Shown: positions 25,699-33,802 of the stretch, piece after piece
Numbering within the stretch: position 1 is the stretch's first letter
Layout of the letters: every line of letters begins with the position of its first letter
Virus record (IMG/VR): IMGVR_UViG_3300025010_000008
Origin: a virus
Length of the DNA: 64,000 bases
Reading direction: 5' to 3' (one strand)
Translations under genes and position numbers: made by a program
Notes under the pieces: model-generated
Seen by the model: only the letters and a program-made list of their open reading frames with translations
Database searches by the model: none
Told to the model about the DNA's origin: nothing

Positions 25699-27384
25699 AT
25701 GTTCGGCCACGAGTCAAAGCCGTGCAAAGTCTACGAATACGGCTGTTTACCTCCGACCGAGGGGGAAGAAGCGTTCTTGGAAGAAATTCGGAGGCGACAT
25801 AACCTTTGGAATAGACTGGTTGAAATAGAGCACGACCACCGGGCTAAGGTGCGCGAAGTTTTGGTTGTGCCCGACGATCCAATGCCGGCAATGTACGACC
25901 GACTAAAAGAGCTACGCCAACAAATCAAAGAGGAGCGAAAGCAAAAACGCTCTGGTAAGGTGGACGTGTCAGAATTGCAGCAACAGGTTAAGGAGCTTCA
26001 GGCCGCAATAAAAGAGGAGAAAATGGGACATGCTGCGACCAAGAAAGAAATAGCAGCGACCAACAAACCGCTTCTGCAGGAACTAGACGAGGAGCGCAAA
26101 GCACTCGTTAAAGAGGCTGCCAAAGCAAGTGGTTTGTACTGGTGTAACTACGAGGAAGTGGTTATGGGCTACGACACAGCGCGCAAAAAGGCTATGCGCG
26201 ATAAAACAGAGCTAAAGTTTCACCGCTGGGAAGGCGTTGGTAAAGTGACCGTCCGTTTTCAAAAAGGCTTGCCTGTGCCAGCATTATTTACCAGCGACAA
26301 ACGTTTGCAAGTTGACCCAGTTGAGTCGGATGCCTGGGAACACCCCACACGTTCAGTACGCCGTAAGGCATCACGTACAGCAATCAGATTACGCGTAACC
26401 TCAGATGAGGCTAAGAAACCCGTTTGGATAGAACTGCCGATGGTCATGCACAGGCCGTTACCACCGGAATCGGAAATCCGCAGTGCGTCAATCGTTCGGG
26501 AACGTGTAGGCCGTAAATATCGCTATAAAGCAATTATTACTGCCACAACACCGGATGTACTAAAGGCGCACGGACGCGGAGTAATGGCAATTGACCTGGG
26601 CTGGCGTAAAGTCAAGGATGGTTTACGTGTGGCATTTTGGGCCGATGATAACGACAACAGTGGTTCTTTGGTGTTGCCACATGGCGTATTGTACGAATTT
26701 AATAAGCTGGACGATCTTAAGTCTATTCGCGACACCCACCACAACGAGGCCAAAACGGAATTGGTCGAATGGCTGGCGGGTAACGCTATGCCTGAGTGGA
26801 TGGCCGAGGATACCGCGACCTTATCGCAATGGCGCTCACCAGCGCGCATGGTCAGCCTGGTGAGGAAGTGGAGCGACAACCGCTTTGAAGGTGACGCTGA
26901 TATTTTTAATGTCATGTGGGCATGGAGGGGCCGAGAACTCCATCTCTATGACTGGGAAACTAATCTGCGTGACCAGGTCATCAAACGTAGACAGCATATT
27001 TACCGCAACTTTGCGGCTCGTGCTATTGAACGATGCGATACTATCGTGGTCGAAGACATGGACCTCAGAGGGTTAGCACGTAAGGCATCACCAGAAAGCG
27101 GAACATCCGGCTCACTACCGACCGATCGTCAAAGAGTAATGGCGTCCGTCAGCGAGCTACGACTGGCCCTGGAGAACGCATGTAGACAGGCTGGTGTCGA
27201 TTATATCAAGGAAAAATCAGCGTTCAGCACGCTAGAATGCTGTGAATGTGGTTTTACCGAGCGATACGATGCCGCTGTTCAGATCTGGCATACATGTCCC
27301 AAGTGCCATGCATTATGGGATCAGGATGAAAATGCAGCACGTAACCTGCTGAAGCGACATTCTCTCAAAACTACGGGCAATTGA
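25699..27384 (+). CDS. TnpB/Cas12-like RNA-guided RuvC endonuclease candidate (561 aa)
   Basis: RuvC-I AIDLGWRKV, RuvC-II IVVEDMDLRGL, zinc ribbon CCECG...CPKCH and RuvC-III DQDENAARNLL. The N-terminus KVYEYGCLPPTEGEEAFLEEIRRRHNLWN resembles the TnpB/OrfB WED start. A ~100-aa coiled-coil is inserted. Confidence 0.8.
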   Translation: MFGHESKPCKVYEYGCLPPTEGEEAFLEEIRRRHNLWNRLVEIEHDHRAKVREVLVVPDDPMPAMYDRLKELRQQIKEERKQKRSGKVDVSELQQQVKELQAAIKEEKMGHAATKKEIAATNKPLLQELDEERKALVKEAAKASGLYWCNYEEVVMGYDTARKKAMRDKTELKFHRWEGVGKVTVRFQKGLPVPALFTSDKRLQVDPVESDAWEHPTRSVRRKASRTAIRLRVTSDEAKKPVWIELPMVMHRPLPPESEIRSASIVRERVGRKYRYKAIITATTPDVLKAHGRGVMAIDLGWRKVKDGLRVAFWADDNDNSGSLVLPHGVLYEFNKLDDLKSIRDTHHNEAKTELVEWLAGNAMPEWMAEDTATLSQWRSPARMVSLVRKWSDNRFEGDADIFNVMWAWRGRELHLYDWETNLRDQVIKRRQHIYRNFAARAIERCDTIVVEDMDLRGLARKASPESGTSGSLPTDRQRVMASVSELRLALENACRQAGVDYIKEKSAFSTLECCECGFTERYDAAVQIWHTCPKCHALWDQDENAARNLLKRHSLKTTGN

Positions 27385-27424
27385 TACAGGAAATAGATTT
27401 GCGAATTTTGACGTTTCAACAGAG

Positions 27425-27453
27425 TTGTTGGAGGCGCGATATTGCTGTATAAT
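27425..27453 (+). promoter_or_regulatory. Candidate promoter for the repeat array
   Basis: TTGTTG (27425-30), 17 bp, TATAAT (27448-53). It ends 14 nt upstream of repeat 1. Confidence 0.4.
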
Positions 27454-27466
27454 AAAGTCGGTTGCA

Positions 27467-27870
27467 GTACCGAGTTCACCGGGTTGAATAGTGAAACCCA
27501 TAATGATGACAAAGTTACAATACCGAGTCCAGCGGTTTTAATGTTGGAACATCCTATAATGTTCATATGATGGAACTTTGTAGCTATAATAATGCCGAGT
27601 CCAGCGGCTTAAGCTTTAGAACCGGGACTATGGAGATGTTCGACCAAAGCATTGGAACTGTGGGATAGGTCTTATAATGCCGAGTCCAGCGGCCTTAACT
27701 CTGGAACTATACTCATTAACTTGATCTAATGCCGGGTTTGGCGGCTTGAGAATACCAAAACTTGTACATTAAAATCTTCCGTGTATTTTCGCAAATCATT
27801 ATGAGGGCGCATAATTCGCGCCTTTCGCGCTCGATTGCAATGGCTAGTTCACGGCCTTGAATGGTGAAAC
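27467..27870 (+). CRISPR. Atypical CRISPR-like mini-array of divergent hairpin repeats
   Basis: Six ~31-nt units at 27467-97, 27520-50, 27592-622, 27677-707, 27729-61 and 27842-70. They share a CCGAGTYCAxCGG core and end in GGAAC/GAAAC. Intervals are irregular (22, 41, 54, 21 and 80 nt). Confidence 0.45.
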
Positions 27871-27921
27871 AAGCACTTCCAACCGTTGTCCTGAATTGAT
27901 TTTTATACATAACAACAGTCT

Positions 27922-27947
27922 ACCGCCTTTATAGGCGGTTTTTATTA
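27922..27947 (+). terminator. Rho-independent terminator after the repeat array
   Basis: ACCGCCT ttat AGGCGGT followed by TTTTATT. Confidence 0.75.
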
Positions 27948-27982
27948 TTTAAAAAGATATTTCAGAAATTACTAAAGCAGTA

Positions 27983-28012
27983 TTGAAACATAGTGACGTG
28001 TTGTGATATACT
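27983..28012 (+). promoter_or_regulatory. Promoter with a shared operator-like spacer (copy 1)
   Basis: TTGAAA, 18 bp, TGaTATACT. The spacer TAGTGACGTGTTGTGA is nearly identical to the one at 29672-29689. Confidence 0.55.
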
Positions 28013-28066
28013 CTTATTACTCCCGACTAAAGGCATTTTACGCAAAAGGAGGCTCAAAAACATGCC

Positions 28067-29512
28067 ATGACACAGATCAATATTTTACCGTATTTAATTG
28101 AGGCGTTCGGGCACAATCGAAGGATTTACCCGGACATTGATCGCCTGTATGAAACTAGGAAATATGAGTTCTACCAATTGGCCACATCCTCTGAGTGGTA
28201 TAACCACCAGATTGTCGCGGAGGGTGATATTTACCATGAGGAATACGCCAAGAAAGCACTTGGGATTATCCTGTATATCGTCGAAACTCAAGATAGGGAA
28301 ATACAGGATAAATTTTACGATATTATCCGCAAGGGCTGGACGCGAGCCTATATGTACGTTCGAAATCATGATGTTGTTAGTTTTGAGAAGTATTTTTCCA
28401 ATATGAGCCATATTAAAAATGACGATGACGCAAATACCGAGAGTGCGGTATTGTATTTTCTAGCTCAAAATGCCGGAAAGACTATCGAACACAACGAACA
28501 CCTGAAGCTCTGGGAAGACGTTACGATTATGCGACTTGAACACTATAAGCTCGATCACCCGCTGAGGTATAACTATGAAACTATTGAGCCGGACGTTCTG
28601 AAACATATTAAGTCCCTCAAGGATCGTGTTTATGGCAAATACGGTGTATTAAATAGCTATGATGCCTTATTCGATACGCGGATGCACGAGGACATGAGAA
28701 ACAACCGGGATCAGTTGTCGCTACTTTGTGACACTGAGTTTGTGAGTATTTCCAGTCTATTCAACAACGTCAAAATTACCGAACGTGACGTTGAAGAAGT
28801 ATTAGGATTATATTTTATGCACCACAAAAATAAGAACGCTGAGGCGGCGGGCAACTTTTTGGTAGCTGGTTTAATGTTGAAGGGTCTGCTGAAAGCCTAT
28901 AGGCAGGTCAAGGAGCACTTTTTTGCCAATAACCGCGAGACAATGCTGCTTGAAATGCGTCGCCAGGATGATAAAATTGAGCAACTCACCGGGGATAACG
29001 TTGTCTTAAAACGAAAGGCTGAATCTCTGGAAAGCCAGGTTAAGTCTATCCGTGACGAGGTCGAGGAACAGTATACTACCCAGGTACGCGGGTTAGAGGC
29101 GCGGGTAAGGGAATTAGAGATAGAACTGGCCCGTGAAAAACAGAAAGACGGGGAACTTAACGCTCTCCGGGAGTTTATTTTTTCGCTAAATACCGAGGCA
29201 GAGCCGGGCGTAGCTGAAAAAGAGTTTGACTTTACCGGTGTGCGTGGAGTCATCTTTGGTGGGCATGAACGTTGGCGAAAGCGAATGAAAGAACTGCTGC
29301 CGGGGTTTGTTTTTATTTCGTCGGAAAGTTTTGATGTGCGGCTTTTGGACGATGCAGACGTTGTACTGTTTTTCGTCGGGTATATGGGCCATAAGCTGTA
29401 CGACAAGGCCATCGCGGAGGCAAGAAAACACGGACTTAAGGTCGGCTATATCAGTAGTATTAATGACCGGCTAGCCTTAGGTGAAATTGAAAAGATATTG
29501 AGGAGGAAGTAG
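28067..29512 (+). CDS. Hypothetical 481-aa protein with coiled-coil and a DUF2325-like C-terminal domain
   Basis: The C-terminus GVIFGGHERWRKRMKELLPGFVFISSE...VLFFVGYMGHKLYDKA resembles DUF2325. The central coiled-coil lies at about 28950-29150. Confidence 0.55.
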   Translation: MTQINILPYLIEAFGHNRRIYPDIDRLYETRKYEFYQLATSSEWYNHQIVAEGDIYHEEYAKKALGIILYIVETQDREIQDKFYDIIRKGWTRAYMYVRNHDVVSFEKYFSNMSHIKNDDDANTESAVLYFLAQNAGKTIEHNEHLKLWEDVTIMRLEHYKLDHPLRYNYETIEPDVLKHIKSLKDRVYGKYGVLNSYDALFDTRMHEDMRNNRDQLSLLCDTEFVSISSLFNNVKITERDVEEVLGLYFMHHKNKNAEAAGNFLVAGLMLKGLLKAYRQVKEHFFANNRETMLLEMRRQDDKIEQLTGDNVVLKRKAESLESQVKSIRDEVEEQYTTQVRGLEARVRELEIELAREKQKDGELNALREFIFSLNTEAEPGVAEKEFDFTGVRGVIFGGHERWRKRMKELLPGFVFISSESFDVRLLDDADVVLFFVGYMGHKLYDKAIAEARKHGLKVGYISSINDRLALGEIEKILRRK

Positions 29513-29513
29513 T

Positions 29514-29669
29514 ATGAGCGAAAAAACAACCGCTGTCAAAGATAAGTTTATCCAATTTAAAATTGACGGCGAGACAAAGGAGAAGTTTCTGAAGTACTGC
29601 GAGGAGAACAGTATCAATGCCTCTGAGCTTCTCAGAAAATATATTCAGGAAATCGTGAAAAAGTGTTGA
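29514..29669 (+). CDS. Ribbon-helix-helix (CopG-like) small DNA-binding protein candidate
   Basis: 51 aa, absent from the ORF track because it is under 60 aa. It starts 2 nt after the upstream stop. KFIQFKIDGETKEKFLKYCEENSINASELLRKYI reads as strand-helix-helix. Confidence 0.5.
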   Translation: MSEKTTAVKDKFIQFKIDGETKEKFLKYCEENSINASELLRKYIQEIVKKC

Positions 29670-29695
29670 CGCGTAGTGACGCGTTATGATATACT
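29666..29695 (+). promoter_or_regulatory. Promoter with a shared operator-like spacer (copy 2)
   Basis: TTGACG, 18 bp, TGaTATACT. Spacer TAGTGACGCGTTATGA. Confidence 0.55.
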
Positions 29696-29861
29696 TATCT
29701 CAGTAGAAAAACGGCCACTGAGCCGAAGGGAGATAGAAATATATCTGGAAGCATAGTCGAAACGCCTTCGGGCGTCTGCCGGATTGGCTACCGGCACTGA
29801 TGAGACAGCCGAAAAGAATAACAAAAACCCCACAGCGCGAACCGGCGAAGGAGGAAGGAAA

Positions 29862-30167
29862 ATGATACTCTATCACGCAACACGTCAACCGGCCTACGAA
29901 AACGCCAAGAAAATAGAAAGAGAAGGTTTTCGCGGAAATGACGTTTGGGATCTGAAAGATGTTGTTTTCCTTTCCGACAAACCTCTTACAGGTTTTGGCG
30001 GTTGGATGGATTGTTGGGTTGCCGTAGAAGTTCCCGAAGAAAAATTAGGACTAGGAAACTACGAGGACCAAGAATCAGACAACGACCAGTACGAGTGCAA
30101 TAGTTACGCTTTCAAGGCTGAAACTATTAACCAGTTTGACAGGTGGGTTGTTGATATTATTGACTAG
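29862..30167 (+). CDS. Hypothetical protein
   Basis: 101 aa, RBS gaaggaggaagg, begins MILYHATRQP. Confidence 0.55.
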   Translation: MILYHATRQPAYENAKKIEREGFRGNDVWDLKDVVFLSDKPLTGFGGWMDCWVAVEVPEEKLGLGNYEDQESDNDQYECNSYAFKAETINQFDRWVVDIID

Positions 30168-30324
30168 AAAATTCCTATACTACTTATCTGCATCACTTGT
30201 TTGTGGGTACCTACTAGAATTCGTCATTTTTCAGTACGACGGAAACTACGCAGGATGTTACAATAGTCCTGTTCAACCTCTATCTAATGTGGTTAAACAG
30301 AGACTACGACGAGGAGGAAAAATA

Positions 30325-30621
30325 ATGCAACTAGAGTCTGAATCAGGAAGAATCGTTGCTACGTACGGGAGTACGTACACCAACAAACAGGCGTATCTGG
30401 ATGCGCGGAACTACCTACTGTCTCAAGAGCACCGTAGGGATAAGCTTGAGACAAAACTCGAAGATGAGTATATCATCGACGAGAAAAGACGGTTGCAGAG
30501 AGCAATAGAAAACATCGATACAAGATGTTTTCTAAAAGATAACTTTGATCGCACTATAGAAAAATACACTATCGACAGATGGGGTACGGTACACAAAAAC
30601 CCCGATTGGGATTTAGATTAA
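30325..30621 (+). CDS. Hypothetical protein
   Basis: 98 aa, RBS gaggagga. Confidence 0.55.
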   Translation: MQLESESGRIVATYGSTYTNKQAYLDARNYLLSQEHRRDKLETKLEDEYIIDEKRRLQRAIENIDTRCFLKDNFDRTIEKYTIDRWGTVHKNPDWDLD

Positions 30622-30685
30622 TATTCTAGGCTTGGGGTTAGCCGAAAAAGCCCCGCCAGGAAAATTAAGGAGGGAGGGCGATAAA

Positions 30686-31030
30686 ATGTTACTAAACTTT
30701 TCCAACAAGGAAATCTACGCCGCCATGGTGGAGCACAGTATCCCGACAGTCACCCGCAAAAGTATTGCTGGGATGTTGAAATCGTTCGGGCATGGTCGTG
30801 AGGAGGCTTGCAACTACCTGGAGAAACAAGGTATTGTGCGTATCAACTGGGATCATCACTGCAAATGCGGTGCCTGTGACCCAGAACCGGCAGTTAGTAT
30901 TAAGCTGCCGGGCGAGAAGGGCCAATACTGGATGTCAGTCGGCAGGGAATATTTCAACGCACTGCCGACAGATGAGCAGGAGAAAATCACTGCTCATATT
31001 AAAAAATTTGGAGGTGAGATAGTTGACTAA
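30686..31030 (+). CDS. Hypothetical protein (winged-helix-like N-terminus, HHCKCGAC motif)
   Basis: 114 aa, RBS aaggagggaggg. Confidence 0.55.
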   Translation: MLLNFSNKEIYAAMVEHSIPTVTRKSIAGMLKSFGHGREEACNYLEKQGIVRINWDHHCKCGACDPEPAVSIKLPGEKGQYWMSVGREYFNALPTDEQEKITAHIKKFGGEIVD

Positions 31031-31460
31031 AACACAATACAAACTCACTTGCGGATACCTACCGCACGAAGAGCAGTGTGACCGTAGAGGGAACTGCGAA
31101 GGTTGCGAGTTTGCTGAACCAGTTAAAGAAACTCACCCGTGCGGTGGAACGTCGGTCCCGAACTGTGATTGCTGCTCATTGGATGGGCAGAATCATGGAG
31201 GTGAGGACTGTCCGTACACTGAAACTGCCCCACTGATATGCAGATACGGCCTAGAAAATTGTCACTGCGCCGTTGGTCAGTGTCAGCACTACAAGGAAGG
31301 CACGTTCTGCCAAAAACCGTTTTCCGCTTGCGATACCTGCGGACGCGACTGCAAAAGTAAGCAACTCCCCGGCGATCCTGACTGCTGGGTACGTGGTTGC
31401 AACTGCGGGAGCGGCGAACCGGCTCAAATATGCACGGCAGGTTCAGAATGGTGTGGATAG
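31023..31460 (+). CDS. Cysteine-rich protein (about 22 Cys in 145 aa)
   Basis: TTG start after ggaggtgag. Many CxxC, CxC and CC motifs. Confidence 0.55.
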   Translation: MTKTQYKLTCGYLPHEEQCDRRGNCEGCEFAEPVKETHPCGGTSVPNCDCCSLDGQNHGGEDCPYTETAPLICRYGLENCHCAVGQCQHYKEGTFCQKPFSACDTCGRDCKSKQLPGDPDCWVRGCNCGSGEPAQICTAGSEWCG

Positions 31461-31473
31461 AGGGAGTGAATAT

Positions 31474-31578
31474 ATGTTTTATGTAGGCGTAACACTTTTA
31501 ACCCTTACGGCGATGTATGCGGCATGCTGGATTGCCGCTTATGTAATAACAGATGCTATCTTTACGAATAAGAAATAG
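31474..31578 (+). CDS. Small single-TM protein
   Basis: 34 aa, MFYVGVTLLTLTAMYAACWIAAYVI, RBS agagggag. Confidence 0.4.
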   Translation: MFYVGVTLLTLTAMYAACWIAAYVITDAIFTNKK

Positions 31579-31594
31579 AGGAGGAGGAATTTAA

Positions 31595-32182
31595 ATGAAT
31601 TTAGTAAGACGTTGTGATTATAAATTAGCCTCTGAGTGTCCAAATGAATGCATCGAAAACGGCGTTCTTTGCAAACATGCAAAAGTTATCTCGTGCGAAG
31701 TTGTTCGCTGCACAGATGAGGAAAAACTTGCTTGTGGCAATTCCGGTAATCCAGATCTTCTTTATTTTTGTAAGGGCAGGGGCTTTGAATCACTGCCGCC
31801 AATTGAGACACCAATTTTCACCTCGGCAAAAATTATTAGCCAGGAAAACATAGCAGGACTATCTCACCACTCCGGCGAGTATGACCTGTATATGGAAAGG
31901 TTTCATGTCGAATTCTCATTACGGAAAGAATCAGCCAGCGGGTGCAATATTGGCGGTGGGGTTAATGACCTCATAGTGTTCGTTCGTGAGGATGACCACG
32001 AACGCCTTGACTGGGGACAGAAACCGCCGCGCACAGTTGTTGCATGTAGTATCCTTTACCATAGTCGCTCGGAGAGTTACCAATTTGATTTATTCAGAAA
32101 CGGAGAGTACGTCCAAAACGAACTCTTCACGGAAAACGAGGTAGAGAAAATATCTGAGATTATTGAAAGTATTCGCGATTAG
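31595..32182 (+). CDS. Hypothetical protein with a Cys-rich N-terminus
   Basis: 195 aa, RBS gaggaggagg. Confidence 0.6.
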   Translation: MNLVRRCDYKLASECPNECIENGVLCKHAKVISCEVVRCTDEEKLACGNSGNPDLLYFCKGRGFESLPPIETPIFTSAKIISQENIAGLSHHSGEYDLYMERFHVEFSLRKESASGCNIGGGVNDLIVFVREDDHERLDWGQKPPRTVVACSILYHSRSESYQFDLFRNGEYVQNELFTENEVEKISEIIESIRD

Positions 32183-32240
32183 TCTTTCGTTATCTCCTGC
32201 GAGTCAGGGGATGCCGAAGGATTATAAAGGAGGAGTTGAA

Positions 32241-32618
32241 ATGTTTTTAAAAACCAATCTCATTGAGGCAGTTACAGTATTAGTAAAATCGCAAGAAGAA
32301 CTACATGCTTTCACCTTGCAGGGAGATAAGGTGAGAGAGGTAGGTAGTTGCGAGCAAGGAACTGTGTATACAATGGAACGTGCTTTTGAGCAAGACACGG
32401 AAGTTTATATCGTACCCTCCGAGTATCGTAGGTATTTTACACCGTACTCCAGAAACACAAGTTATAGTCGCAAGGAATCGTTCATCAGAGATCTACAAAG
32501 CGATCTCGAATCTCTTGAGGAATTGCTGCAGTCTATCACTGAATTACCTGACTGGGCGGTAGAGATTCTTATCGCCAATAAAAATTATATATCTGAAAGT
32601 TTGAGTAAGTTGTCATAA
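32241..32618 (+). CDS. Hypothetical protein
   Basis: 125 aa, RBS aaggaggag 7 nt upstream of the ATG. Confidence 0.55.
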   Translation: MFLKTNLIEAVTVLVKSQEELHAFTLQGDKVREVGSCEQGTVYTMERAFEQDTEVYIVPSEYRRYFTPYSRNTSYSRKESFIRDLQSDLESLEELLQSITELPDWAVEILIANKNYISESLSKLS

Positions 32619-32684
32619 TTGTAATTTTCGGGATTAAAATAATAGCCGGCCGGGGCTAAAAATACCGGCCATGAAGGAGGAAAA

Positions 32685-33731
32685 ATGACACAGAGAACCG
32701 TAAATATTTACCTAGTACCAACCAAGGAATTGGCTCAGCAAGTTTCGTTTCAATTAGAACCCCACGCTTGTATCGAAACCGAATACGGAGATTGGGCGTT
32801 GGAAGGTACCATGTTCACAGCCAATCACCACTTGCCAAAGTATGCCGGTTATCCGGCACCTTGTATGACACCGATTAACTTAACTAACTGGTGCCTGCCG
32901 ATGGGAGCGAATATCATCATTTCCCATATCGACCTAGACACGGTTCTGGGAGTCATGGGACTGCTTGGGGAATGGTATTTTATCCCCTTGGAATTCCGCG
33001 AGGTTGCTGAATTTATCGACACTAACGGTCCGCACCATATACACAAATTTCCTGCTCATGTCCAGGACTGGTTCAACGCTTACTGGGCGTGGTCGGCACT
33101 GCCGGAGAATCGCGCACTAAGAGTAACGGAGATTACCGACGTTACCGCTACAATTCACAAGTATATCCAGTTCTTTGAATTACTGTTCGACCTGTACGCT
33201 CACAACTCGCCTCCGCTTATCGAAGAGGGCAGGGTATGGGCATCGAATATTCAGTGTGAAACCGAATCAAAACTGCTCATGGAAACAGAAAACTACCGCG
33301 TTTTCCGCACGGATAGGGTTTTCTGTGGCGCGAGTTATTATTCGCCAACGCATAAAACAATTGCGAAGGTGGTAATAAGTTTCAATACTAATTTCAACAG
33401 TATCACGGTCAGCTGCTCAGATGGTTCTCTGGACTGTCGCGCACTCGTGCAGAGACTTTGGGGTCCGACAGCAGGAGGACATAAAGGGATTGCCGGTAGT
33501 CCTAGAGGTAAGATCGTGGACGAGTACGAACTTAAACGTGCTGTCTATACAATCAAACTTATGGCAATTAGGCCAAACTTATATATGTGCCCCGCATACA
33601 CAGGGGAGTGCTACTGGGATTTTAATTGCTACCAGGATTATTGTCCTGCATATAGAAAGTGCATCGAAAGCGTTTTTGAGTGGGGAGGCACAATTAAGAT
33701 GCTCCCTACCGGTGAATTAAAACTACTCTAG
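32685..33731 (+). CDS. Hypothetical 348-aa protein
   Basis: RBS gaaggagga. His/Asp-containing segments (ANHH, ISHIDLD). No family recognised. Confidence 0.6.
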   Translation: MTQRTVNIYLVPTKELAQQVSFQLEPHACIETEYGDWALEGTMFTANHHLPKYAGYPAPCMTPINLTNWCLPMGANIIISHIDLDTVLGVMGLLGEWYFIPLEFREVAEFIDTNGPHHIHKFPAHVQDWFNAYWAWSALPENRALRVTEITDVTATIHKYIQFFELLFDLYAHNSPPLIEEGRVWASNIQCETESKLLMETENYRVFRTDRVFCGASYYSPTHKTIAKVVISFNTNFNSITVSCSDGSLDCRALVQRLWGPTAGGHKGIAGSPRGKIVDEYELKRAVYTIKLMAIRPNLYMCPAYTGECYWDFNCYQDYCPAYRKCIESVFEWGGTIKMLPTGELKLL

Positions 33732-33802
33732 TCTCACCAGGTTCACGGCGGCACCTGGACAAAAGTCGCCTAGCAGGAAAATAAATTAGGGGAGGAATTG
33801 AG

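Noticed and set aside
27467-27870. Calling the repeats a canonical CRISPR array.
   Set aside because: The repeats are only about 55-75 percent identical in their 3' halves, and the spacer lengths are irregular (21-80 nt). I kept it as an atypical CRISPR-like array with reduced confidence.
27313-27910. Minus-strand ORFs 27313-27501, 27321-27566 and 27716-27910 overlapping the repeat array.
   Set aside because: They have no RBS. They run antisense through the repeats and the nuclease 3' end, and their sequences are dictated by the repeat units. I treated them as non-coding.
25271-27947. An ordinary IS200/IS605 or IS607 insertion carrying tnpB.
   Set aside because: No TnpA-type (HUH/Y1) or serine transposase ORF is adjacent, and I saw no matching subterminal hairpin ends. 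It cannot be fully excluded without genome-wide copy searches.
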